Assembly (NCBI GenBank): GCA_973895155.1
Contig: OZ316893.1
Span: 26,152,798-26,216,797 of the forward strand
Origin: Marsupella aquatica
Lineage: Eukaryota > Plantae > Marchantiophyta
DNA: 64,000 nt
Reading direction: 5' to 3'
Shown: positions 23,101 through 36,900 of the stretch, in pieces
Layout of the letters: each line of letters starts with the position of its first letter
How positions within the stretch are numbered: position 1 is the stretch's first letter
Made by a program: the position numbers and the translations under genes
Notes under the pieces: model-generated
Databases searched by the model: none
The model's input: the letters and a program-made list of their open reading frames with translations, nothing else
What the model was told of the DNA's origin: nothing

Positions 23101-25377
23101 CACATGAATCAGAGATGTCTGCACAAACTTTAGCACTTGGATCCATGTTGAGAGCAACAAATTGTATCTTGAGTGCAAGAGAGGTCAGATGCACTCTATG
23201 TGACTCTCGCACTTGAGTTTGTCGTAGAAGTCCTTAGCAACCCATGTAGCAATAAAGCTCACAAGAGGAACTCAACAATCACATATGTTCTATTCGAGCT
23301 AACCTCACGTAATGATTAAAAGCTCATCTTTCAATGATATGAGCAGAGCAGTGTTCCAGCTTGTCGATTTACTTCGTGTGTAATTTGCTGTAAGCAGGAT
23401 ATTTTAGGACAATTGGAAAGACATTCGAATGTTGGGGCAAACACAGTTTTCGGAAAATCCTACAATTTGTGCTAGAATAATTCCATTTGTTAATGTTCCG
23501 GGACATGCCAAAATAGAATTATCCTGACCTAGCAAAAACTTACAGGATTAGGCAAAATGGTCCTTGCCCCAACAGGATGATTGGAATTAAAATGGATTCA
23601 CATTTGCTGTAAATTTGTTTGCTAACCTTGCTTACTCGAGCCATGAGTAATGGGCTAATAAGAATGTATTTTTCTTGTATAGCCGACTTTGTCTAGAAAC
23701 TGAAGAAAAGCACAAGAGCTCTAATCTTGTCACGCCTGACAGTGCGTTAAACATTACTTTGATGTTCATTTTGGTGGCTTGTGTCTTGGTTGGCTTCATG
23801 ATCACTTTGTTGTGCAACTCGATTGACATGCAAAGAATTGTCTTGCTTGTCTTGAACTCTTGCATTCCCTTTCTGATACCTCAAAGGATGACCAGAATCC
23901 TATCCCCAAAACAAAAAAAAAGATGTTTCTTCTGAGCTTCAATGATTGACATGCCTTGACAGAGGTTAATTTTTCAAGAATTAAAAACAATACTTTTGAT
24001 AGTTGGTACACTACATATTGGACGTGACAAACGTGAAGACGAGACTTGTACACCCTTCCCATATTCAAGCCTTAGACTGGCTGTTGTCTTGTCTGGTGAA
24101 AGCTAATTATGAGTGCCTCCACAACAAGTCTTCTTTGGAGCCTTAAATTTTGGAACAAGTTGACTAAATTTGGCAGCATGAAAAACTTAAAAAATCCTTG
24201 GAGTTCCTCCACATTGTTTTAAATAAGATAAAACGAAGCTCCAAATGACACCCAATGCACTGCTTCAACAAGATTGTCAGGTCGTGTTAGCAATACTAGA
24301 CTACTGTGAGGTTGGGGGGAGGAGCACATATATCAGTTGTAGGTGACGACTGACTAATTGTAACGAGCATGAGTTGCACTAAGTATACTTGACAACTTGA
24401 TGGACTTTTTGTGAGGTGATCGTGTTAAAGTGTGGCTGACCACTGACCAATTGCAGGAGCTTCACGTAGCGTTCCTGAGCTAGATATGCATCATCTTGGG
24501 CTCTTCTCATTTGCCATACTATTTGTTTGAATTGGAACCCCATGTGAGATGCTCTTTCTTTCCGCATTCGCTGGGTTTTCTCCCAAAGAGCTCTTGATTC
24601 TCGCCTGAAAGGCAGTGCGTGTTCAGTGAATCTCATCAGTTCAGACATTGACAGAAGGAAAGGAATTTACAGCTATGCCCTCAATTTTTTGTTGAAGGGC
24701 TTGGACTCTTCAATGATTTCTGGTAAAATTCAATGGAAGTGAGCTTGCAATATCATCAAGTAACTATCCAATCAACTACACAGATTGTACAATTAACTGG
24801 GCGCAAAGTTTTGCTGGTTAGAGCTGTTACGCTTTTGTTGACAGAGAAATGACACCTTTGACCTGTGCAAAATCACGATAGACTACTAAACAGCTAAACA
24901 TGACTATGTGGTGAAAAGCACTAGCGTCTGTTTGAAAATATCATTTCAATATGCAGCACACCACATCTGCATAACTCTGCAATTTCTATGAATGCTACGA
25001 CTCTATCAATAACACTTTTACGTGAAATTTAGAAGGTAGACCTTTTTGGGTTTCTAGGAAGTCTATTGATACTGTCTTTCTCACAATTTGTTACACCCTT
25101 TGTAATCTCGATCCTATTTTTTCATGGGCATCTCACCTTGCGCAATAGTGAGCGGAGTCAGTCAGAGGTTCACTTCAAAGTGACGACTGCCCAAAATTGG
25201 AGTATTGACTATTGAAGTGCTAATGCAAACTCACACAGAAATGAGGCGCCTTTGAAATTCTGCATTATGCTTCATGTATTCTTGCATCTGCAAAGTTGCT
25301 TCTTCCAACTCCTTGTGGCATTTCATGTTTTCAATTGCTCGCGTAGATAGATCAACCATCACTTCAAGAGACGCCAT
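20150..25377 (-). CDS. Multi-exon protein of unknown function with predicted N-terminal coiled coil; likely exons 25377-25235, 24604-24448, uncertain exon(s) at ~23900-23630, ~22922-22070, 21537-20894, 20621-20150
   Basis: Long same-strand ORFs (285, 220 and 151 aa) join through phase-compatible GT-AG sites (WIYR/GGEACE; LLPR/LSENAL; RRLISV/RESRAL). No family recognised and the middle exons are unresolved. Confidence 0.6.
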
Positions 25378-26769
25378 TCCTGCACTGTAGATATTACCCA
25401 CCCTTCCACTACTGGGAGCTTGGCCAATTGTATATTTGTACTATTACGTGCGATGCACTCTATAATTCGAGGCCTATGCCTAAAGTGTAGCCTCTAGACC
25501 TCGACTCTTAGGCAGGGCCAGCACTGGGGGCCGCATGACATGGGACTAGGGCTGTTTCCCTTCATAGCAGAGGTACAACCAAGACTGATTAGAAAACCGC
25601 GCCAAGCTGAACTGGTTTCAATTGAAGAAAAAACTAAGACAATTGGAATTCCCCGAAGTGTGCTTCAAAAGTTTACAAAACTCTGCTTTAAAATGCAAGG
25701 ATTGCATTGGCAATTTGTTTCCTCAAAACTTTGGTTGGCCATTGAGAAGGAAGGCGACAATAATGACGCAAATAAATTTAGCTTCGTTTTGTCTCTACTC
25801 CATTTGTACATTCAATCTACAATGTTCCATCTTTGAATGCAGAATCAACATCGTAGAACGTCAAGAGGAAATCTTAGCGCCGATCCAATGTATTGCTGAA
25901 TGATATGAGCTCGATTAGCCTAGCAAATTGAAGAATTGTATCCTTCCCTGGCATGGACGACATCTTGTTTTTGTAATGCAATCTACTCTCCATCAAGCTA
26001 TAAGCTCATTCAATTCTTCAAAAGCTTTGAACCGATGAAAAAGATTTCCCAGAACTTGATGTTCATTTAGGACTCAATTGGGATGCTCTGAAACCGGCTC
26101 TCAAACGTCCCCGAGCTCGATTCAAGTTAAATTATCAAGTCCAGCTCGTGAGAATTACCCAAATTCTATGACAAAATCAAATCAAGAAATACAGTGAGAC
26201 TAAATCCTACACTATTGATCCCAACGCTGTTTCCTCTAGCAAGGGAGAAAACGCTGTTTTGGTAAGGGGCTTTTCAAGGGCATAAAGCACAGACTCCAAA
26301 GTCACTCTTGTGAGGTAAAAGAGATGGCATGAATATGCCAGCGGACGCGAACTCCTCAGGACTAGAACTTTGAGCAAACTGAATGGCAAACAAAGCCATC
26401 TTAACAGGGGGACCCAATTTCCTATTCAGGCGAAAATTTATGGGAACTGGCAATATGCCGTCATTCATATTGTGTTAAACATATGTCACAACGAATTGAG
26501 CAGGCCTGCTGATGGGAGAGCATTGCTGGTCCGTGGCAGTGCTATCGACCATGCCCAGGTCGACCCTCCACTACTGTCCTGTGTCAATGCTGAAGCTAGG
26601 ACAGACATAAATTAGATTTCAGCTGCAATTGCAACATTGAATCGAAATCCCCCTGAAAGTTAGAAGGAAGGATTCACTGGAAATGTCACCTAAAGATCAT
26701 CCCCATGGTTTTGTAACCACCTGTCCGCTGGTGAGCCGCCTGATTTAACTGAATGTCCTCCAAAATTAA

Positions 26770-27502
26770 TGGTGCACTTTTGCTCTTTGTTGGAATACAC
26801 TCTTTGTTGGAGTGTATAAGTGCACTCCATGGGTAACTGCAGGCCGGTAGTGTAGTCCCCTAATATGCACTTTCCTTGGTAAATGCACCAAAATAGTGCC
26901 ATCTGTAAGTGAAGGTAGAGGTCACTAAAAGACAATATGCATAAGTGCATGTCCATCTATAAGAGCGGCGGGAAGAGTGGGCATGCATGTATCAGTTACC
27001 GCTATGCATGTGTATGCATGCGTTGGAAGCAATATATTGATAAGTGCAACAGACAACTATATACAGTAGTTTCATGCACTTATCCAGTTGAATTGTGGAG
27101 TATAAGAGCTTGGGGTATGAGGAGTCAGTTGTTGGTGACCTGAAAACACATGATGGAGGTGCATAACTGATTTCACATGCGCTTATTGGATAGTGCAGCA
27201 TGCACATATGGAGAATTGCATAAATGATATCCCGTGCACTTATGAAATAGTGCATAAAGTGGATAAGTGCAGGACTGGGGTGTGTTCCCAGGAGCCTGCT
27301 ACTTAGACACAGTAGACTGTAGTCTCTCTCTAAATGTGTACAATCCAGGGACAAAGCATCCTGTTTGCACTTAATGTGTTTTGCACTATGTATAAGTGCA
27401 AAATGTGAAATTGTGACTCTAACTGTACATGCCCGCCTAAACACGGTCCCCTACCCCCACAAGGGCAACTTTTACTCAATGGAAAAATGTCATGCACTTA
27501 TA
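26770..27502. repeat. Cluster of ~10 TGCACTTAT/ATAAGTGCA motifs in both orientations
   Basis: Motif read repeatedly, e.g. near 26816, 26941, 27040, 27074, 27235, 27263, 27392 and 27493. Confidence 0.55.
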
Positions 27503-30081
27503 AGTAAGTTTCCATAAATTCCCTAAAACAAACTTTGTTGCTTATGTTTTAGGTTGTTTATTCCCCTAAAACCTTTGTGCATGATATGGGACCTCTCCTT
27601 CAAGTGAGGCCCTTGAACTACAAGAGAATACTCTAGTCCAACCTTATTTGTGGTAGACACGGGGGTAGCCATTTACTCTTAGGTCTAGAGTTACTATGTA
27701 ACTATAGTTAATCCCCGAGTTAATCAAACTGTAGTTAGATGCTTGGTTATGGTTAGATGCATGTGCAACTACTATTTAGGGTAGCAAGACCTAGTTAGTG
27801 AGTGGAACTTAGGCTTATTGTTACAAAACTAGTTGTGAAATAAAAAGAGCTTAGTCTCTGGAGAATCGGCATAGACGACAGGATTAGAGTTGAGTAAAGT
27901 TCTCTTATGTGGTGAAACATGTATCTCATGTGTTGACTATTTCTGTGTTTGGTGAATGTTGCACATGTGCATGCTGTCATAAGAGTTGTGGTTGTTTACT
28001 CAACAATTTGATGGTTCTTGTGTACTCTAGTTGTGTGTATCATAGTCCTATATAGCCTCACTCTCCTGGCTTGATGATCGTCCTATTCAGGCAATACATA
28101 AATAAATATTCAAGTTTTGGGCCAGACTAGCAAAATATTGTGGGGTCCTTGTGAGAGCTTGCAAGAATATTGTCACGTGAATGTTATGAATTCAAAGCAT
28201 GGTAAGCACTGAGTTTTTAGTGTACCCACTGTTTTCAAAAGTAAGTTATAAAACTGAAAAGAAAGAAAATCCAAGCAAATAATAAGAGTGCATGTCTACA
28301 TGTGTTAGCACCAAGAACGGCCACTACAGGGCATGTGTCTAAGGCAGAGATGCATGGAAGATTTACTTTACAAAATCATTTAAATATGTCGTTGCCTGAC
28401 ATGAATGCATGGACATTCCCTTTTATTTACAACACTTTATTTATTGTGAATATATAGATCTGATGGTGTGGCATAGATTACATTTTTTTGCCTGTACCCA
28501 ATATCCAAGCATGCACTCCCACACGAGTCTTCACTTTTGTCCCACACGAGTCACCATACAACTGCTCATACTTGAAAACAATCTGGAGGCTCCAATCAGT
28601 AAAATGGAATGGTTGGGAATTTATGGGATAAAGTGTATTATTCAGAAATTTCTCATATTTAATAAGCTCTATAATTGGACCAGTAGTCATGCTGCGTGCA
28701 TTTGTTTTTCTTCCTAAATCATGCTCCCTGGAAAATGATGCTCCCATGCACCCAGTGGGCTAACCATGCAACCCCATGGACAGTGACACTTTTTATACTT
28801 TCACTCATTGACACCAATCTTGTGGACCTTCATTATTTCCCTTGATATCCAACTGAATTGGCTCTTCTTGGGCTTGTTCTTCAAAGTGAGTTCCACTCTT
28901 TTTACTAGCACCCTGTTGAGGGGCAGTGGCTGTGAAGAAGATCGTTGTTCCCACTGGCGACTTAATAGCTGGGCCGTTTCCCAGCCAGACTGAGTGAGAT
29001 GCCTCCAATAGACTGACAAGACGAGCCATAGAACTTTAGAAGCAATTTGGAAAAATCTTTCCAATTCAATATATTCAGTTTCATCAAGAATTAAGAGGAT
29101 CTTGAAGTTAGGGGGCTAGAGTTTATAATTTGTGAAGATTATTCCATCACCATTCACACTTTGTTTTTCCAAAATTCAGTGCATCCCTTGATTTCCAACA
29201 AAATCTAATATTTTGGTGTTCTTTATGAATTTCCTGAAAGATCTTTCCAATGAACCCTGATACAGCCAAATTTGATTGAGAATTGGGATACCTATTAATT
29301 TGCAAAGATGACAGTCTAATTGTCTTTCCACATTTCACTCATAGTGTAATCCAAAGATGAGTGTCTGATTTTCTTTCCACATTTATTTCATGGTGTAGTT
29401 TCACTGTATGTAGTTTCACAGAAATCGAATTACAAATACCCATCAGAGCATTGTGCCAAATGTGGAGGTCTATGAGTGATTCAAAATTCGTGCTGCCCGT
29501 CTGGATTTCTTTTCACAGCTGCTCTGTCCCATTTTATTTTTCTGATTTCCTTCTAATCGTGCTGCTCGGCATTGTTTTTGTTCCTAAATCATGCTGCTCG
29601 TCTGGATTGCTATGGTCTTGACAAGCCTGCTCGATCTTTGACTACTTTGTGAGATCAGTAGGCGATTTAAAAATTCAGCCCAAGTGACCTCATGCTTTTG
29701 ACGTGGATTCAGCTCGTGGTTGAGCTGGGGGGATCATTCTGTGTTCTTCCCAGGGACGACCCACAAACGCATGCAGCATGTGATGGATTGTTCACCTGGT
29801 GGTTAGAATCTGAAGTACTGTGTGGGGAGGTGGGTAATGACTTTGAGATGGATTCAACTCGGCGTTGTGATTGTGATGGCGGATCTATGTTCCTTCAAGA
29901 GAGGACCCACAATCGCTTGGAGCATGTGATGGATTGTTGATCTATTGGGGTGGTAATCTGTAGCACTGGGGAGGGAGGAGGTGGGGAGAGAGGTGGCTGG
30001 GTGATTGATATTTGCAGGCTTGAGAAGTGGCAGCAGCAAGGGCCATTCACTTCCAGCTCAGGTGACTCCCCTCTCATTTCT

Positions 30082-32481
30082 ATGTCTGTTAAGACTCAAT
30101 TCTCTCTCAATTCAGTTCTGGAAAATGCCGCCTCGGTGGTGGAGAGTCTGCAACTCGAAGGAGGAGAAGAAGAAGGAGCCTCTGAATTTCAGGGAGTAGA
30201 GGAAGAACAACAACCATCGCATGCGACTGAGAATGGGTGGAAGAGAGGAGAAGATAGCAGGACTGTGAATGAGTCGAAAGGACGGCAGTTTGATGGTGGG
30301 GTCGAAGGTCTGGCGGCTCAGATGTCCAGGATGGGCTCTATACCAATGGAAAGTTCATCCGACGGAGGTAATTTCATCTCCCATCGGCGACTGCACCTTA
30401 ATATGCCATGGAATTTGCAAAAATCCTTACCAGATATCGCAAATAAGAAGTGCTTGTTAACTCTTCACAAGTAAGTGAAGAGTGAATGCAGCTTTCAGCT
30501 CAGTACAGGAACAATTTGACTGACGTCCTGGGGAATTGCAGATGAGGTGGCAAGCAGTTTGGATTGTGAGCCATTCGAGACTAGTGAGCTGCAGCTCATT
30601 GAAGATGCGTTGAGGAGTCTCCGAAGTGCCGAGGAGGAGAAAACTGAGGCCTCTAAGGCTGCGGAGCATGAATTATCGTCTTCCGATGATCTGCAAGACG
30701 TTGCGCGACTCTTGAAGAAGGTACTTTATGCTTGGATCCCCAGAAACTGCACTAAGCATTATTTTGTTCGCTTGTGCTCGATTGGCTGCCGCACTAATAG
30801 GAACGAAGGGATTCTGTTCCGTCAGAGAGTTCCAAATCTGTTTACCCCAATTTTCTTCAAGTGAAAGAGTGCTCCATGAAGTCAGACGTCCACCAGGTAT
30901 TAAGTATTTTTTGCCATGGCAACGTCTCAAGCTTCCTCATATGACCGGAAAATGTTATAGCAGTTGAGCGTACGTTCCAGATGCTCCCTTTCTATGCTCG
31001 AGCTTCCCGTGCTGGACAACTTCAAGAGAGCGAGAGATGTCTTTCCTTCTGATTTGTTCCTGTTCTTCCTTCTGTTTTATTAGTGGCTAAGATCGAGGAA
31101 TACCTGAACCCGAACGAAAGGGCTGTGATGTTTTATATTCGTTTTACTTTCTTATGTCCCTGATGTTCTTGTTCTTTGCTGGAGATCTGGTTTTGCCTCT
31201 TCAATAGTCTCCTTTCTCTCCGTTGCCTCTTCCACTTTGTAAAATTCACTAAACAAGCACTAAAGGTTGAAATTTAGAGTGTAAGGAAACTTGCTCAAAA
31301 AAGTGCAAGTCGTTCACGATTTAGGTGATTTATTCTCTTCGGGAGACAAGTGTTATTGTGCAATTGGTTGTTTTTCAGCGATTGAGACACGAACCCTTCG
31401 CAGGACATTGATAGACGACCAACAGTTTTGGGCATTGACCTTAGTCACAGCTACAAACTTTAATATCTTTGGATGTACGTAAGCTTCAATTGGGAACAAG
31501 AACAAATGGCATGCATTTGACCTCCTCTGCTTTTGGGCAGATGTGTATACCCATTGGGACTCAAAAGGATATTGTAGAGCTGGTGCAGCTGATAAACCCG
31601 ATCCGGGATTGTTTTTAATACTTCTTGATCTGGAAATTTCATCAATGTTGGATCAGTTTTATTGTTTGACTTCAGCTTCACAGCTGGAGGACACAATGAC
31701 TGCGCAAATAGTCTCGTTATTAGGTTGGGAACTAAAATTATAGTTGCTTGTTCATCAGGTGCAATCTGTCAGAACCGGTAGCCAAGGGGCTCCTTTGAAA
31801 TCTGTGAGTTCAAGTCCAGATAGTAGTCTAGGGCAAAGGCCACCTGGAGGGGAAAAATTGGAACCTGCAGATATTTGTCAGGTTGTACAGGAAGCTGCAC
31901 AGACGGCTTTGGCTGCTGCCAAAACTGCGGAAACGGTTGTCAGTTCATTGAACAGAAACTCTCAAGCGATAGAAGAGCTCTGCAATTGTTTGCAAGCTCC
32001 CAGTGAAGATTCTGTGATGGAGCAGGAGGAAGATGAGGGAGAGGAGAAGATGCTGGCAATTGAGCTACAGCAGACTGAGATCGTCAAGAGTCTTTTAGTG
32101 CAGAACAGAATGACTCATTGGGTGCTTGGGTTCATCGTAGTCTCGTCGCTTGTTTGGCGTTATGGAGTTGTAAAATTTGTTAAAGGGGTCAACCATACCA
32201 TAAAGAACCCATTCCAAGGTATTACGAATATGTTTAAACCTAAGGAAAGTCGTGATGAAGACAATAGTGGTTTACAACTGAAGCTTCCAGCGATCCTGTG
32301 TGGTGAAGAGGAAGCAGGACGGGTGAAACGTTGTGCAGAAAAGGATAAGGAAGATCAAATGTTTAATTTCAGCAGAATCTTCTTCCCGGGTCACGAACGA
32401 AAAGAGAAGGAAGATGAGACATTTAACTTAGGCAGGAGTATCGCCAGTAACTTGCCAGGTCAAGACCTAAATAGTGACTGA
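30082..32481 (+). CDS. Uncharacterised acidic/coiled-coil protein with one predicted transmembrane helix; exons 30082-30367, 30542-30720, 31759-32481
   Basis: Phase-consistent GT-AG joins (SSDG-D-EVASS; RLLKK/VQSVR). Hydrophobic segment QNRMTHWVLGFIVVSSLVWRYGVV. Confidence 0.78.
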
Positions 32482-33907
32482 TGACTTTTCATGTAGGATT
32501 GTCTATTGTAGAATCTCATTCCTACTAGGTGTCATCCTCCGCCTCCGTACGAGAAGTTTGCAAACCCGTCAATGTTTCTTCAGCTAATTTACATGATTTG
32601 ACGGCAATTATTAGCATATTGCAGTGAGCAGCTACGTAGGACAATGCTAATCAATGTTTCTTCAGCTAATTATTTGTGAGAGACATGTGAGAGACGAACA
32701 TGTGTCATGATTGTTTGCAGTAATTCTAGAACAGATGCCCCAATGTCCTGAAAATTTCAGCACAAATGGATTGTTCCATCACCTGCACAATATTGCTCAA
32801 AACACAGACAAATGCTCTAGGCATATGGTTCAGTAATTTGGGCCTCTTTGCAATTGTTTCGACAAACCCTGGGGGCCTCATCATGGACCTGAAGTGGCCG
32901 GTGACTACGATTATATCGTTTTAGTGAATATGAATAGAAAATTAAACACCTGAAGACGGAAAAGGCTCCAGGCATCCGCTTTACCGGAACTCCCACTTTG
33001 ATCTGGGTTGAACTAATTTTTTGGAACTCCCACTTGAAGTTGGTTTGATCCAAACTCCGACTCTTCCAGTCACATTTGTGGTGGACCGCTGATCTTTTTT
33101 CTTTGATTCAGAGGTTAATTCATCAGAGTGGGCCTCATCTATATTTTATATCCATAAACAAGCCAACAGACCATATGAAGAATCTGGATGAGCCACGAGT
33201 TGGTTTTTATTGTATGCAACCATGGTTTTCAGTCAACCAGACCCACTCTTACGCTTACTTGGTCCATAGTAGGCTCCCCAGACGTGAGCCCCAGTCCTAC
33301 GCTTCAACGAGCATAAATGAAATCCTTTTTGTACGTCATAAATATTTTTCCAGTTTATGATCTCCAGTTCACTTTGATTTTTATAACTACTTTTAGTTGC
33401 TCAACTACTACGTCTTAAATAGAAAATGTGTAACTGTTTAGAAGCATATCGTTACGAATCATTGATTCTATACCGTTTAGTAAGTGCTCTCTTTCTCTCT
33501 CTCTACATCGGTAGCATCGAGTTGATGTTGATTCCCAGTTGCTGAGATACTAGGCGAAGAACAGGTACCACGTCTGGGAATTTAGAATTATTCTCATGAG
33601 GGATCTTACTTAGTCACACTTTGCACACAAAGTGACACTTGGTGAAACTCTGTGAGCAAATGCTGCTCACGAAACGCGCTTTTATCGGAGGCATTGTCAT
33701 GGCAGTATTGTGTAGCTTTTCGTCTTTGTTCAGATTCATTCTTTTTCAATGCCAGTTGGCTTGTTCTGCAGCTTTCTTTTGCAGTGACACCTTTACAATG
33801 AGCACACGCCTCTCATACTCTGTAAAGTGGCTATTTGGATTCTGGCGTCACACATGGCATTTCCTGTGTCCTAGTTTGGCGCCATTATTTCTGTTCCCAC
33901 TGTGTCA

Positions 33908-33930
33908 TATATATATATATATATATATAT
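33908..33930. repeat. (TA)n microsatellite
   Basis: Read directly. Confidence 0.9.
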
Positions 33931-36900
33931 TATGTTTTCCATTCGCAAAGGGCGGTCTACGTATGTTCTCTACAGCTACAAAACTTCATTAGTTTTTGTT
34001 TACCAGAATTGCCAGAATTGCCAGAATGAGTCACCTTTACTACAAAGGTCTGCAAAGTGTCACCTCAGGACTGTAGACTATTTCTAGTAGTATTTTTATA
34101 CCAGGAGCTTGGTGTTGCCTTCCATGTGTTTGCTAGCTATTCGAATTACGTGTGCATCAACCCCAGAGCTCTTCCACGTAACTTTGACCGCTTCAGCTGC
34201 ATCTTTGGCCCTTTTCTCCTCGCTTTGGTGCCTCCCCTCAAACGGCAACCATATTGACATTTGATGAATCAGATGCACTGGTGAAGGAAAAAGTTAGTGG
34301 AAAAGTCAGGAACATGAATGACGGTTGACAAACGAGTCATTTTGGAGCTTTGTAAAACTCAAATTCCCTCACAGTAGAAAATTAGGATACTCCTGGGGAT
34401 TCGTCCATGGTGACTTTGGGGATGGCCCAAAATAATTGCTTGTCCGAACCTGACGAAGCAAACGGATGTGGATGGCTGACTTTTCAAATATCAGGCTGCC
34501 CGGCATCCGTTCATTCATCGCTTCTGGGCTTGAGATAGTAGACCTGCCTCCTTGACTTGCCACTCCTCGGGAGCTGAGTACCGTAGGAGCTGAGTCCTCT
34601 TCTCGAAAAGGAATCAATGCAAAATCCTACTTTTAGATGATCGTATATATATTTATTTTGATCAGAGTAATGTATTGAAGTCTTAACTCATCTAATTCGG
34701 CAGACGTTTCACAGTAAAGGAACGAAAGAGCGCGCGGCTGACCTCTTCAGAAGAAAAGCAAACAAGAGAACCCACACACACACACAAGGGAGAGCATGAA
34801 AACCCACTAACTCCCATCAATCACAACAAGCGAGGCCTGTGGGAATAGGGTTTGGGAGACGGCAAGTTTGCAATCCACCCGTCCGTCCATGGCCTCAGTT
34901 TGATCAGGCTTGGTGAAAGATGTCCTTAGTCACAGTCAGGTGGATCTCCATAATCAATCACTAAGAACACAACGTACCAACAGGTTGCGTTTTGCTCATA
35001 AAATCAGTCTATCGGGTCAAACAAAACACCAACATCGTCCCTTCTAAATGCTCTACGCAGTACGCTAGCGAGCAGATTCATCAATCTTCACTGACAACAT
35101 ACCAGGAGCTTGATGAGTCTTTTCCTCGTCTCGAGTCAAACATGACATTCAGCGTCCTCCACATTCTCTCTGCGTAAATCGCGTAACTACGATGTGACGA
35201 TTATGGGCACATTGAGTCATTGACGATTCAGTCCCCTCATGCGCGTGTTGCGCGCCGCATCGCATAATAATAATGCCGTAGGTACATCTGCGGCAACCGA
35301 TGACTCACTCGTTCGTTGCTCGCTCATCAATTCACTTGACTCTCCGATTTCTGCTCTCAAGAAGTCAAGCTTGATGATGCTCCGTACTTGTAAAGTCGTT
35401 CCTCCTCAGTGGATTGCGCCTCTTTTGGCCACTTCGAAGAATTGCTTTGTAAAGTGAATTGGCTTCTCGTGTACAGTCCATTGACCTCCATTGGAATCCT
35501 CCATTTGTTTTTTTTGCTTTCCTCGTTTCCTCCCTTCCTTCCTCCCTTCCTCCCTCTCTGTCTCGTTGATTCCCTACATAAGTACACAACTATGTTGCTC
35601 TTTTTTTGGGAGGGCTCAAATCGTTCTCATGGAACCCAGGCCAGTATATATTTTTAAGGTTTTTTAGGGTGGCCAATGTCCAGTTTGTGGAGGAGAAGAT
35701 GCTCAAAATATTCTTTATCCTATTATTTTCCTGAGTGTCAGATCTCCCTAGATTTAAGGAAGAGGGTTACATTCTGGCTAATGGGACCTGTGACTTAGGT
35801 GGAATACTGGCTAATGAGACAGAAAATTACTAGCAAAATTTTGCCAAAAATGGTGAATTTGGCAAAAATTTTGCCACTGAACAAAACGCTGACCCAGATG
35901 GAGATACGGCCAGTAGAGCTTGGTTAGAGTAGGAGCATTCCCAACAAGCATGGGGAATGCACGGCCAGGGATGACCTTCCCCGTGACTGGCTTGGGAATC
36001 TATTTTTGTTTATCCCCACTGAGCCCTGCCGAATAAAAACCCTCTAGTCCACCCCACTAGACGATTAATACGTGAATTCAGTATGGAACAAAGGTTACCG
36101 GTGTGTAAAGATTTCTAGAGGCCTCTACTATATCCATAATCTCATGCCCCAAAAGTCTGCATGAGAACCCTATTCCTAGATTGCTCAGAAAGCTTCGGGC
36201 TACCGCCAATTAGCTTTTCTTCACTTTTTGGTCACAGGATCACCACCTAGTAACCCTGCGCCCAGACAGTCATTATAATACTATACATCCCTGAAGCCAG
36301 AACTGACTAGATTGGGAGGTGTGAGTGTATCCAGCCCACCCTTGCCAACACTATGGACAGCCCAGATCAACCCATTGCAAGACATCCGGATGGCAGCAGC
36401 ACAAATGGAAGTTACAGAAGATCATGACAGTACATTGGGTGGGGATGCTAATCCACCAACAAACTGATACACCATTCAACTCAGTGCTTATGCATTTACC
36501 AAGTTGTGAATGGCGTGACTGGTGGGAACTCTGTTCTGTTAAAGCTAGAACATCAATTTGCAATCAATGTCTGTTGTTCATAGCCTACTCCATAGAGTAA
36601 CGCCATAGTAATTTCTATGGTAACATGTATTATATCTAGACTTTTCTTGTGAGTAGTGATGGGCATAGGAGTCTGGGTTCGGGAAGCCCTTCCTGAGCAT
36701 ACGCACAAATATTTGGGGACAGATAGAGATAGTGCGCCCAGGAAGTCCCTTTCCAACAAAGGTTGGGGCCAATGGGGACCATATGGGGGGGGGGGGGGAG
36801 CTGATGGGGAGGTTCCTCTTATCCCTGGGGTTCCATCAAATCCTTTGTTATTATTCATCCCATAATTATTGAATGGTATGAGTCCTTTAATTTTAGTGTT

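Noticed and set aside
28790-29340. Possible LINE ORF1 remnant on the minus strand
   Set aside because: The resemblance is only vague and broken by stops and frameshifts, so it cannot be supported without a search.
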